A stretch of 64,000 nucleotides of DNA from an uncultured bacterium. GTDB taxonomy: Bacteria > Hinthialibacterota > Hinthialibacteria > Hinthialibacterales > JAKPRU01. The notes under the pieces are model-generated. The model was not told the DNA's origin and did no database searches. It saw only the letters and a program-made list of their open reading frames with translations. Position 1 is the stretch's first letter, and each line of letters begins with the position of its first letter. Where the stretch lies: assembly GCA_964612675.1 (NCBI GenBank), contig CAZTDD010000004.1, positions 38,386-102,385 on the forward strand, written 5' to 3'. This document shows, piece after piece, positions 28,344-37,223 of this stretch. The translations under genes and the position numbers were made by a program.

Positions 28344-29123
28344 TTAGCTCATGGCGCCTATCAGTTGAATCAACGTTGTACCCGCTGCGATTCCCGCCTG
28401 CGGCAACGCTTGCTTTGCCGCGGCATCGAGAGCACGAGATCCGTGGTTTTCGACGGCTTCCGACATTTCAGTGGCCGTGCTCTTCGCGCTGGTAAGGAGA
28501 CCTTCCGATTTCTTTGTCCATGCAGCCAGTTTATTCCCCACTGCCAATCGCGATTCCTGTTTCCAACTTTGTGCCTCTTCCGATGCCGACGAGTAAGCTT
28601 TTTTGGCTACGGTGGACAGAAAACCGCTCGCCGATCGATACACATTCAGTTGATCGGCCGAGGCCACCATTGTGGGATTGCTCTCAACCATTGGGCTGGG
28701 ATCGTCTTTCGGAACATCGGCGACTCTGTTTTCCGCTGGTGTCGATGACTCCGGGACTTCGGAAGGATTATCCACATATACAATGACGGAACCCAGCAGC
28801 AAGATCGTCATGCCCACATAGGCCAGAGTCCGCACCGAGAACAAATTGAGCCACCAACCGAACGGAACGTCGCGCGAAGCTCGCTTCTCGCGAGAGACTT
28901 TTCGCAGAACTCGGTCTCGAACTTGTTGAAACACCGCGTCATCGACATGGACCGCCTGCGGGTCCATTTCTGCGATTGTCTCTTCCAGCAAATTGAATTG
29001 AGCCAGCCGCTCGGCACATTGAGCGCATTCACTTACATGGTTTCGGACGAATTCCGATTCTTCAGGACCGACCAGATCGTCCAGGTACGCTGACATCAGT
29101 TTGTCGCTTATATGTCTGTTCAT
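28344..29123 (-). CDS. Zinc-finger (zf-HC2) anti-sigma factor with one TM helix
   Basis: N-terminal HVSECAQCAERL (H-x3-C-x2-C anti-sigma motif), a central TM helix (LAYVGMTILLLGSVIVYV) and a periplasmic C-terminal domain. It lies immediately downstream of the ECF sigma gene, 9 bp apart on the same strand. Confidence 0.65.
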   Translation of the reverse strand: MNRHISDKLMSAYLDDLVGPEESEFVRNHVSECAQCAERLAQFNLLEETIAEMDPQAVHVDDAVFQQVRDRVLRKVSREKRASRDVPFGWWLNLFSVRTLAYVGMTILLLGSVIVYVDNPSEVPESSTPAENRVADVPKDDPSPMVESNPTMVASADQLNVYRSASGFLSTVAKKAYSSASEEAQSWKQESRLAVGNKLAAWTKKSEGLLTSAKSTATEMSEAVENHGSRALDAAAKQALPQAGIAAGTTLIQLIGAMS

Positions 29124-29131
29124 GATTCACC

Positions 29132-29869
29132 TCACCTCGCCTGGATCAAGTCCGCAAGGAGTGGTTCCAGATCTCTCATGAGTTTCTTTCGGGCGGCGAA
29201 CAGCGTTGTTCCCACTGTTCGTTCTTTGCATTCGAGGACTTCGGCGATCTCTTTCATGGATAACTCGCGCAAACACCGGAGCGACATGGCCATTCGCTGT
29301 CGTTTCGGTAATTGGTTCATGGCGGCCACGACCTTGTCTTCCAGTTGTTTGTGGAGGATTCGCCGATGAGGATCGTCCGGCGTTTCGTCCGCCAAATTCG
29401 TCTCCGGTTCGAGTCCCGTGTCCTCTTGTTTGCTTTCCAGGGAAACCGTTCGTCCCGGTTTCGCTTTCCTCAGATGATCGATTGCCAGGTTTGAAGCAGT
29501 CCGGAAAAGCCAAGGTTGAAGCGAAACATCCTCCCGCAGCTTATCTATGCTTCGGTGGAGCCTGATAAAGGTCTCCTGGAGGACATCCTGTGTATCTTCA
29601 TCATTTCGGACAATCTTCCAGACCAGCCGATACAAGCGGCGCTGGTACCGCGACATGAGGCAGTTGAACCCTGCCATATCGCCGTCCTTCCAACGCTTAA
29701 GATCCGCAACATCTTGGGATACTGTTGGTTCGGACCCCAATATGTTGTGGTCTGCCAACGCGACGCCCGCTTGTCTCACGGTCAAACCTGCTTTACTGAT
29801 TAGGTTTTGCCCCACTGTGGGGCTCTCAACTGCTTCTACAATGGTATACGTAAGATAGGAATCGAACAT
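29132..29869 (-). CDS. ECF (sigma-70 family, group 4) RNA polymerase sigma factor
   Basis: Region 2 reads YRLVWKIVRNDEDTQDVLQETFIRLHRSI. Region 4 helix-turn-helix reads LSMKEIAEVLECKERTVGTTLFAARKKL. The true start may lie downstream of the first ATG. Confidence 0.8.
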   Translation of the reverse strand: MFDSYLTYTIVEAVESPTVGQNLISKAGLTVRQAGVALADHNILGSEPTVSQDVADLKRWKDGDMAGFNCLMSRYQRRLYRLVWKIVRNDEDTQDVLQETFIRLHRSIDKLREDVSLQPWLFRTASNLAIDHLRKAKPGRTVSLESKQEDTGLEPETNLADETPDDPHRRILHKQLEDKVVAAMNQLPKRQRMAMSLRCLRELSMKEIAEVLECKERTVGTTLFAARKKLMRDLEPLLADLIQAR

Positions 29870-29997
29870 TTACTCTTGTTTCTCGATTGTTTTTTGCGCT
29901 GGTATCCGACCTCTCCGGGATGGGCGGCCTTTGAGTCATCCACGGCTGACTCTGACATAGAGTCATGATAGCACGCGTTGTAAAATCATAGACCGTC

Positions 29998-30683
29998 ATG
30001 ATCAAACACGCTAACGGAGACCAGACAATGAACCGATCACTCTGGCTCATCTTGAGTTCTATATTCCTCCTCGCCCAGTTCTCCTGGGCGGCTGAGTCCG
30101 TCGACCTTGCTTTAGTGAACGGAAAGATTATTACCCTTAACAAGGATAATCCTCAAGCGGAAGCACTCGCAGTCCGCCACAACAAGATCGTTGCGGTTGG
30201 TACGAATGCGGAGATTCGGTCCACCATCGGTCCTTCCACACAGGTGATCGACCTCGAAGGGAGTACGGCTGTCCCTGGGTACCGGACCGTCTTGGAGAAG
30301 AGCGATCGCGGGAAGGAGCCTATGTGTGGCGGAAACTGATCGACTCGGGAGCGGTGGTCTGTAACGGGACCGATTCCCCCGTGGAGCCGCTCAGCCCGAT
30401 TGAGTGTTTCTTCGCCGCTATCACCCGCCGATTGCCGGATGGTTCTGCTTTCTATCCCCAACAGTGCATGACCCGTGAAGAGGCACTCCGATCCTATACG
30501 ATCGATGCGGCGTATGCTGCATTCGAGGAAGATATCAAAGGGTCTCTCACACCGGGCAAACTGGCGGACGTTACGGTTCTGTCCAAAGATATTCTGACGG
30601 TCTCTGAGGATGAAATACTCAGCACGGAGATACTCTACACGATCGTTGGCGGGGATATTCGCTACAAAAAGCGGCTACCTTGA
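29998..30683 (+). pseudogene. Amidohydrolase-3 family (metal-dependent hydrolase) gene with large internal deletion and frameshift
   Basis: ORF 29998-30339 encodes a signal peptide plus the amidohydrolase N-terminus (VDLALVNGKIITLNKDNPQAEALAVRHNKIVAVGTNAEI...VIDLEGSTAVPGY). It then diverges and terminates. ORF 30324-30683, in another frame, encodes the family C-terminus (LIDSGAVVCNGTDSPVEP...EEALRSYTIDAAYAAFEEDIKGSLTPGKLADVTVLSKDIL). About 300 aa of the catalytic barrel are missing. Confidence 0.6.
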
Positions 30684-30690
30684 CCGAGTA

Positions 30691-30909
30691 TCAACGTTTG
30701 CCGCCGAATAAGTTGAAGATCAACGTCAAGATAATCGAAAGAATAATGCATGTAGCAATGGGAAAATAGAAAGAAAAGTTCTCTTTTTCGATGCGGATGT
30801 CCCCGGGGAGTCTCCCGATCCACGGAATCTTGCCCACAAAGGTCAGCACAAGGCCGAGTACGACAAGAATCCCGCCGAACAGCAAGAGCATTCGTCCCAT
30901 TGATTCCAT
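30691..30909 (-). CDS. DUF2905 family small membrane protein
   Basis: LLLFGGILVVLGLVLTFVGKIPWIGRLPGDIRIEKENFSFYFPIATCIILSIILTLIF matches the DUF2905 pattern (..GRLPGDIRIExxNFSFYFPI..). Start chosen at an internal Met (30909 or 30900); the longer ORF runs to 30987. Confidence 0.6.
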   Translation of the reverse strand: MESMGRMLLLFGGILVVLGLVLTFVGKIPWIGRLPGDIRIEKENFSFYFPIATCIILSIILTLIFNLFGGKR

Positions 30910-31027
30910 CACAATAAATCTCACTTCCACAGGCTGGAAGCCCATACCACCCGGTTCTGAAATGACTGGACAAACACAGCTTAGCAAGTGTTATCCTTGT
31001 GCGGTACGCTGACTGCGAGGAGACGTC

Positions 31028-32458
31028 ATGAACCTTTTGATCAATCCGAATCTGATGAAGCCGCCGGTGACGCCGGTGGCTCTCGATTATTTATCACAGG
31101 CTCTAGAGGAGGCAGGCATGCCGTCCAGAGTTTTGGATTTGGCTTTCGAATCCGAACCGTTGGAGGCAATCCGAGCGCAAATTACCGGCGAGGAGGATCT
31201 CGTTGGTGTCTCTGTGCGAAATATCGACGATTGTTATTACACCAGCCAGGATTTCTGCCTGGAGCGAACACGTGAGATTGTGAGGGAGATCAAAGCGCGT
31301 ACGAGCGCGCCGGTTTTTGTCGGTGGGATTGGCTACTCCATGTTCCCGAGAGAAACCCTCCATTTCCTGGAGGCGGATGCGGGTGTACCCGGTGAGGGAG
31401 AGGAAGTCCTCTGTGGGGCAGCACATCGTATCCGCGAAAAGCGAGATTGGCGGGAGACACCGGACCTTCTATTGAACGGACAAGGAGCAGATCAACCGCT
31501 CCGATTCAGTCGGGTGTCCAATTTGGCAGAGATGGATCTATCCGCTCGACGGGCTATCGACAACGCCCGCTACCTCCGCGAGGGAGCCAATGTAGGGTTC
31601 GAGACGAAACGCGGCTGCGACGGAACCTGTATTTTCTGTCCTGAACCGTACGCCAAAGGTACGCATATCCGAGTTCGCAACCCGGAAAATGTCGCACAGG
31701 AACTCGAAAATCTCTTGGCGCAGGGGGTAGACACGTTTCATACCTGCGACAGTGAGTTCAACCTGCCTCCCGGTCATGCCCTCAGTGTTTGTGAGGCGAT
31801 CATCGCGAGAGGTTTGGAGGACCGCATCGGTTGGTATGCCTATGCGACTCCGCACCCATTTCCCGAGGAACTGGCGGAGGCGATGCGCCGGGCGGGCTGT
31901 GTGGGAATCGACTTTGGGGTAGACCATGCGGATGACGAGATGCTGAGACGGCTCGGACGGAAGCATAGTGTGGAGCATTTGAGAGAAACCGCCGCATTGT
32001 GCCGGAAGCATGATATTCCCATTATGTACGATCTTCTTATCGGAGGACCGGGGGAAACACGCGACTCGATTCGGCGCACGATTGAGACACTGAAGACCAT
32101 TGCGCCGGAGCGGGTCGGCATCTCATTCGGCGCACGGGTTTACCCAAACACACCGTTGGGCCGAATGGTGGAACGCGAAGGATTTACGCCGGAAAATCCG
32201 AATTTGCGCGGTCAGATCCGGGACAATGAGTCGTTTTTACATCCTGTTTATTACGTTTCAGCGAAGATGGGAAAAGACGTCGGCGACTTCCTTCAGGATT
32301 TAATCGCAGGAGACGAACGCTTCCTGTTCGGCGGTACCGAGCAGAGCGAGCAGAACTACAACTACAATGACAATTCTGTGCTATCGAATGCGATTCGGGA
32401 GGGTGAGCGAGGAGCCTACTGGGATATTCTTCGGCGGCTGTCAAGCAGATCCACCTGA
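31028..32458 (+). CDS. B12-binding domain radical SAM protein (class B radical SAM)
   Basis: N-terminal cobalamin-binding Rossmann-like region (LDLAFESEPL...LVGVSV). Radical SAM cluster motif RGCDGTCIFCPEP (Cx3Cx2C). Downstream TIM-barrel-like region with GxIxxGxPGET. Its 3' end overlaps the 3' end of the convergent maf gene by 18 bp. Confidence 0.8.
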   Translation: MNLLINPNLMKPPVTPVALDYLSQALEEAGMPSRVLDLAFESEPLEAIRAQITGEEDLVGVSVRNIDDCYYTSQDFCLERTREIVREIKARTSAPVFVGGIGYSMFPRETLHFLEADAGVPGEGEEVLCGAAHRIREKRDWRETPDLLLNGQGADQPLRFSRVSNLAEMDLSARRAIDNARYLREGANVGFETKRGCDGTCIFCPEPYAKGTHIRVRNPENVAQELENLLAQGVDTFHTCDSEFNLPPGHALSVCEAIIARGLEDRIGWYAYATPHPFPEELAEAMRRAGCVGIDFGVDHADDEMLRRLGRKHSVEHLRETAALCRKHDIPIMYDLLIGGPGETRDSIRRTIETLKTIAPERVGISFGARVYPNTPLGRMVEREGFTPENPNLRGQIRDNESFLHPVYYVSAKMGKDVGDFLQDLIAGDERFLFGGTEQSEQNYNYNDNSVLSNAIREGERGAYWDILRRLSSRST

Positions 32459-34375
32459 CAATTCCGCACACACCTGATCCAGCAGGTTGATGAAGTGCTC
32501 CAGCATCATGTTCATTTCGCTTAGGATAAACTGGTACTTGTTGTACATGCAGCGAAGAAACGTGGCGGGAGACTCGTCCGGAAGCGGATCGGACCGTTGT
32601 CGCCGGTAATAGAGATACGTGACAGACGCGTCCAGGAAAGTATTGAATAGCGGATCCGCCAACATGGATTGCCACAGATCTTCGAGCCGATTCCACTCGT
32701 TCTGGGATTGCTGAGGAGTCAGCGTCCCGGACGATGCCAGTTCCGGCCATGATGCGATGTGTTGGAGAGCCTGTTCGGCGATTTGTTTCGAGTCCGCCAA
32801 TGTCGCCCGGCCTTTCTGTAACTCAGAAATAAGAGGCTCAACGGGCCGCTGAGGGGGCGGGCTCCGGAACCGTTCCAGGAACGGTGTCACATCTTCCGCA
32901 GGACCTAGCTGCAACATCGCCTCTTTGAAGGTCATGATCTCAGTACCTTGTTTCAGGGCACCCCCTTCCGTTGCATCGATTACACGAGCGCCGCTTTTCC
33001 GGATGTTCTGTTCGAGATCCCGGATGTACTGACGAAACGAGACGGATGTCGGGACTTCACCCCCGAAGTAGCCCGGCACAAACACAACTTGTCCGGTCTC
33101 ACTGTCCGCCTTACCTTCTTTCCCCCCGACAGTCATTGAACGGTCGGCTCCAACCGCCGACGTTGTACGGGAAACCGCTGCATCCGCGGCGTGACTGGTG
33201 CCCCCCTGCGGCGAAAAAGCGAGGTCCATTCCGATCAAGATAATCGGATCGCAGCCCAGATGTACCGCGATATTGAAGGCGATTTGACCGACATTCATAC
33301 CGCGGGGTACATGCCCGACCTCCCCCAGAATATTCTCAAGGACCTGAGACAAATGTTTGAGCAACGCGCCCTGTTCATCGACGAGCGGAAACAGATAGGG
33401 ATGACTGGGATACTTCCGGGTGATTCGCCAATGGGATTCCGGGTGAAATGCGAGAATGGTGTCATCAAGATCCTGAATTCGTTCAAAGTGGCTGAAATTC
33501 AGTTCCGTCGGATCGGCCGCGACGACGATATGAGGGCGGATACCGCGTTTCGATAACGTGTTCTGACTGGTGTCGGCACTGATAATGAGTCCCCGGTTGT
33601 TCAACTCTTTCAGCTCATCGATGTTCCTATCGAGCGACGGTCCGGCGGCGACGACGACCGCAGGCGTCCCCTGGGCGGCGTCGCGATACTCGGCGGGCAT
33701 TCGGCCGCGCCAGAAAGCGTGCAGGTTCATGATGATGTTCTGCTGGTTCGTCTGCCGTTGCCCGAGGACAGTCTTTGTGTTGACCCCGTCGAAGGTGACC
33801 ACGTCGACGATCTCTTTCGCAACATCGACATAATATTGGCGATTGATTTGTTGGGTTGGGGTATGATGAAGAATCTTGAAATTGTGGACCATGAAGTTCG
33901 TTCGGAGCGGTTTGAGGAGTTCGGGAAACACCTCGGAAGGTTCTCCGACGAAACAGAAACAAGGCTCCGCCCCAATCAGGCCACGGAGATCGCGCATGGA
34001 GAGTGCCAACCGAAAGAGGTGCGGATCGAACTCAACCAGGGCGATGCTCCGTGCGTGCGTTCCGAACCGGTCGAGGTAGCTGACGATGTGATAGCCCAAT
34101 CCCACGCCGAGAAAAACCAGGTTGATCGCTGAATTCACAGGCTCGTTTTCCGCCCACCGATCGGCTTCGCGAACCGGATCGTACACACTGCAGAGTGCCC
34201 GGGCCGAAGCGTCTCCGGGGGGATGATATCGAACCGCAGGCAGGCCGGATTTCGCCTCGATCAATTCCAAATATGGAGGCAGTCCCGGACCGAGGCCGGC
34301 AATTCGATTCGCCAGCTCGGGGTCGCGTTGGCTCAGGACTTCCAGGTTGGATTGCAGGATAGACGGCATGGGCAT
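32441..34375 (-). CDS. Motility-associated factor (Maf) family glycosyltransferase (DUF115), paralog 2
   Basis: 644 aa. LQSNLEVLSQRDPELANRI, PAVVVAAGPSLDRNIDELKELNNRGLIISADTS and ILIGMDLAFSP match the DUF115 architecture. Last gene of the minus-strand flagellar run. Confidence 0.7.
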   Translation of the reverse strand: MPMPSILQSNLEVLSQRDPELANRIAGLGPGLPPYLELIEAKSGLPAVRYHPPGDASARALCSVYDPVREADRWAENEPVNSAINLVFLGVGLGYHIVSYLDRFGTHARSIALVEFDPHLFRLALSMRDLRGLIGAEPCFCFVGEPSEVFPELLKPLRTNFMVHNFKILHHTPTQQINRQYYVDVAKEIVDVVTFDGVNTKTVLGQRQTNQQNIIMNLHAFWRGRMPAEYRDAAQGTPAVVVAAGPSLDRNIDELKELNNRGLIISADTSQNTLSKRGIRPHIVVAADPTELNFSHFERIQDLDDTILAFHPESHWRITRKYPSHPYLFPLVDEQGALLKHLSQVLENILGEVGHVPRGMNVGQIAFNIAVHLGCDPIILIGMDLAFSPQGGTSHAADAAVSRTTSAVGADRSMTVGGKEGKADSETGQVVFVPGYFGGEVPTSVSFRQYIRDLEQNIRKSGARVIDATEGGALKQGTEIMTFKEAMLQLGPAEDVTPFLERFRSPPPQRPVEPLISELQKGRATLADSKQIAEQALQHIASWPELASSGTLTPQQSQNEWNRLEDLWQSMLADPLFNTFLDASVTYLYYRRQRSDPLPDESPATFLRCMYNKYQFILSEMNMMLEHFINLLDQVCAELSGGSA

Positions 34376-34388
34376 TTGAATTGTTGTC

Positions 34389-35207
34389 TCACGGAGGTGG
34401 CATCACCTCTCCAATAGGGGCGTCGCGAGCGGGGTTGTCCGGAATCTCGAGTTCCCCTTCGATTGTCTCGCTTTCGAACGCCTCCAGGAGGACAATGGAG
34501 ACTCGCCGATTGAGTTGACGACCGTACGGCGTGTCATTTGGCGCGCGAGGGTGATTGGGACCCAGAGATTCCATGCTCAATCGATCGTGATCGATACGCA
34601 ATTCCGGGTTCGGATTCGTCTCTAGGTATTTCAATACATTGTACGCTCGCGCAGCGGCCAAATCGAAATTGTCTTTGTAAAAATGCGGTTGTCCTTCATT
34701 CCACACATTGTCCGTGTGACCCTCAATGCGAATCCGATTTGTAAAATCCGAAAGGATTTCCGCGAGCGGATCCAGCACAGCTTGGGCCGAAGCAGGGGGG
34801 ATCTCCGCACTCCCGGAGCGGAACAACACGTCATCCTGCACATCGAACCGGATACCTTCTTCGACCCCACGGATTTGGACTTGGTGGGTCTGCTCAACGG
34901 ATACCAACTTCTCCTTTGCCCGTTCCGCGATCGCTTCTTTCACCCGCTCGATAACTCGTTCATCCATCGTGGGCTCGGATTTCTGGGGCGTCATATTGAC
35001 AGGAGGAATGAACGACATATTGAACAGGTTCGGTACCCGTCCAAACGCCCCCTTGATAAACGCGATGGTCTGGACGAACTTTTTCTCCTCGATCGTCGAC
35101 ATCGCGAAGAGCAGAACGAAGAAACAGAGGAGCAGAGACATCATGTCCGAGAAGGTGCACATCCACTCGGGCGCTCCGCCGGATTGTTCTTCTTCTTTGG
35201 GTGGCAT
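34389..35207 (-). CDS. motB: Flagellar motor stator protein MotB (OmpA-like C-terminal domain), paralog 1
   Basis: GAPEWMCTFSDMMSLLLCFFVLLFAMS matches the MotB TM/plug region (..W.VTYADM.TLLLAFFV.L.A). The C-terminus has an OmpA-like peptidoglycan-binding block (RIRIEGHTDN...AAARAYNVLKYL...NRRVSIVL). Confidence 0.8.
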   Translation of the reverse strand: MPPKEEEQSGGAPEWMCTFSDMMSLLLCFFVLLFAMSTIEEKKFVQTIAFIKGAFGRVPNLFNMSFIPPVNMTPQKSEPTMDERVIERVKEAIAERAKEKLVSVEQTHQVQIRGVEEGIRFDVQDDVLFRSGSAEIPPASAQAVLDPLAEILSDFTNRIRIEGHTDNVWNEGQPHFYKDNFDLAAARAYNVLKYLETNPNPELRIDHDRLSMESLGPNHPRAPNDTPYGRQLNRRVSIVLLEAFESETIEGELEIPDNPARDAPIGEVMPPP

Positions 35208-35226
35208 GACTGTCCGCCTCTTTTAC

Positions 35227-36048
35227 TTATACCGGTTCTTCTACGATTACCGGGGTTGGTGTTGCGGTCGATTCCTCAGTATATATGTACCATGGCGCGT
35301 TTTCCGACGATTGCAGCACGACGATTTCGACCCGGCGTTGTTGAGATTGTCCTTCCGCGGTATCGGTCGGTATCGGTTTCCCTTTTTCGTCGGTCGCCGG
35401 CACCGTATCGGCGTATCCCTCATAGCTCATTCGGCTCGCGTCGATTGCTTCATAATCTCTGAAATAGGTCATGACGGCTCGCGCACGCGCCATGGAGAGT
35501 TCCCATTTGTCCGCATACAGTTTTTTCGGCGGCGACGGACCGGAATCCGCGTGACCGACGAATTTCAGCGGATTCCGCCGCAATTCTCTGAGGTTCTCGC
35601 CGATGTACTGAAGAAACGTATATGCTTCCGGTTTAATCTCTGCACTCCAGTGTTCAAACAAAGAATCGCCGAGTAAGGTGAACTGAATCCCCTTCTCGGT
35701 ACCTTTAATTGTCACGATATCGTCGAGCTTCAGTGACTTATATTTTTGTTTCAGGCGCGTCAGAACATCGTCTTTACCGTACGCTCTTTTCTTAATCAAT
35801 TGCGGATTCTTCGAGATTTCTTCAATCGTCTTCCGATCGCGGATGTTCGGGATAGCGTGCGGAGCAATCCGACCACCGAATGCATCCCGAAATGCGCCGG
35901 CCACCTGAATGAACTTCTTCTCCTCAATGGTCGACATAGCGAATAACAGAACGAAAAAGCAAAGGAGGAGGGACATCATGTCCGAGAAGGTACACATCCA
36001 TTCTGGCGCACCTGCTTTGGCTTCTTCTTTCTTTCGTTTCTCAGACAT
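35227..36048 (-). CDS. motB: Flagellar motor stator protein MotB, paralog 2
   Basis: The N-terminal 36 aa (GAPEWMCTFSDMMSLLLCFFVLLFAMSTIEEKKF) are identical to paralog 1 but differ synonymously in DNA. The periplasmic part diverges (FVGHADSG...MARARAVMTYF...RRVEIVVL). Confidence 0.8.
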   Translation of the reverse strand: MSEKRKKEEAKAGAPEWMCTFSDMMSLLLCFFVLLFAMSTIEEKKFIQVAGAFRDAFGGRIAPHAIPNIRDRKTIEEISKNPQLIKKRAYGKDDVLTRLKQKYKSLKLDDIVTIKGTEKGIQFTLLGDSLFEHWSAEIKPEAYTFLQYIGENLRELRRNPLKFVGHADSGPSPPKKLYADKWELSMARARAVMTYFRDYEAIDASRMSYEGYADTVPATDEKGKPIPTDTAEGQSQQRRVEIVVLQSSENAPWYIYTEESTATPTPVIVEEPV

Positions 36049-36076
36049 GATTCAGCCACCAAATCCGCTGTCCGTT

Positions 36077-36835
36077 TTATTCTTCTCGCGCCGGCCGAAT
36101 GCTCGGTGCCAGGAAGGCTAAGAGTTTCTGTTCCAGAATGCGCGGATTGTCCCCGGACTGAATCGACATGATTCCCTCGATGGCGACTTCTTTGATCAGG
36201 ATTTCTTCCGCTGTCCGCGCCTTCAATTTCCCGGCCACGGGGATGAAGGTTGTATTCGCCATGATGGCCCCGTACATCGTGGTCAGCAGCGCCACCGCCA
36301 TCGCGGGACCGATCGCCGACGGATCGTCCAGCTTCTGAAGCATCAGAACCAGCCCGACCAGCGTCCCGATCATTCCGAACGCCGGAGCCGCACTGCCCGC
36401 GTATTCGAAGATTTTCTGGCCGGTTTTGTGTCGATCTTCGATGAACGCGAGTTCTGTGTGAAGAATATCCTTAATCAACTCCGGCTCGACGCCGTCCACT
36501 GCGAGACGCAGGCCCACTCGAATGAAATCGTCCTGCACCTCATCCATCGAACTTTCGAGAGAGAGGATACCCTCGCGACGCGCCTTCTCCGAGAAACTCA
36601 CCAGCGTCGTTACAGTGTCGAGTGGCGATTGCGGCGTGGCGAACACCGCGTTCTTAACCACATTACCGATATTCAGCACCTGAGCTAACGGAAAATGAAC
36701 CAAGACGACAGAAAAGGTCCCGCCGACCACGATCATGATACTGGGCACATCGATGAACGACATGATCCCGCTACCCATCGCACCGGCGATCAATCCCAAC
36801 GCCAAGACTAATCCGACAACGGTTCCGACATCCAA
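36077..36835 (-). CDS. motA: Flagellar motor stator protein MotA (MotA/TolQ/ExbB proton channel family)
   Basis: 252 aa, four TM helices. REGILSLESSMDEVQDDFIRVGLRLAVDG, AFGMIGTLVGLVLML and MIEGIMSIQSGDNPRILEQKLLAFLAP align closely with Bacillus MotA. Confidence 0.8.
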   Translation of the reverse strand: MDVGTVVGLVLALGLIAGAMGSGIMSFIDVPSIMIVVGGTFSVVLVHFPLAQVLNIGNVVKNAVFATPQSPLDTVTTLVSFSEKARREGILSLESSMDEVQDDFIRVGLRLAVDGVEPELIKDILHTELAFIEDRHKTGQKIFEYAGSAAPAFGMIGTLVGLVLMLQKLDDPSAIGPAMAVALLTTMYGAIMANTTFIPVAGKLKARTAEEILIKEVAIEGIMSIQSGDNPRILEQKLLAFLAPSIRPAREE

Positions 36836-36837
36836 GG

Positions 36838-37047
36838 TTACGTCTCCTTTCTGGTGACTACCACACCGGACAAGACACCACGCCGGTAGGCCAGAATTCG
36901 TTCGACCAGATCATCCGCGGTTTCACGGACAATGAACTTCCGTCCTGAAAGTACCGTGATCACGGTATCGGGAGTAGATTCTATCGTTTCTATTAGATCC
37001 GCGTTGAGCAGATATTGTTGACCGCTGAATCGGGTGACGCGGATCAT
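36838..37047 (-). CDS. flbD: Flagellar protein FlbD
   Basis: The 69-aa sequence MIRVTRFSGQQYLLNADLIETIESTPDTVITVLSGRKFIVRETADDLVERILAYRR matches FlbD (MIKLTRLNG..F.LNA.LIE.IE..PDT.ITL..GKK..VKES.EEV). Confidence 0.75.
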   Translation of the reverse strand: MIRVTRFSGQQYLLNADLIETIESTPDTVITVLSGRKFIVRETADDLVERILAYRRGVLSGVVVTRKET

Positions 37048-37223
37048 CTTGTTCCTCGGGCCAAGGGCCGTGTTTCAGGCTGAAGCTGATGATACGTTTT
37101 GATGCTTTATGACGCAACGAGAGGCCGACAAAAAAGGGAGAGAGGTCCTGTCGGAACCTCCCTCCCTCATGGTCCTCTTATTCGCGATCTACCCGGACCT
37201 GGTTCGAGCATGCGTTTCAACGA

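Noticed and set aside
34726-35676. 316-aa plus-strand ORF
   Set aside because: It lies entirely antisense to the two well-supported motB genes. It is a long open frame typical of high-GC DNA.
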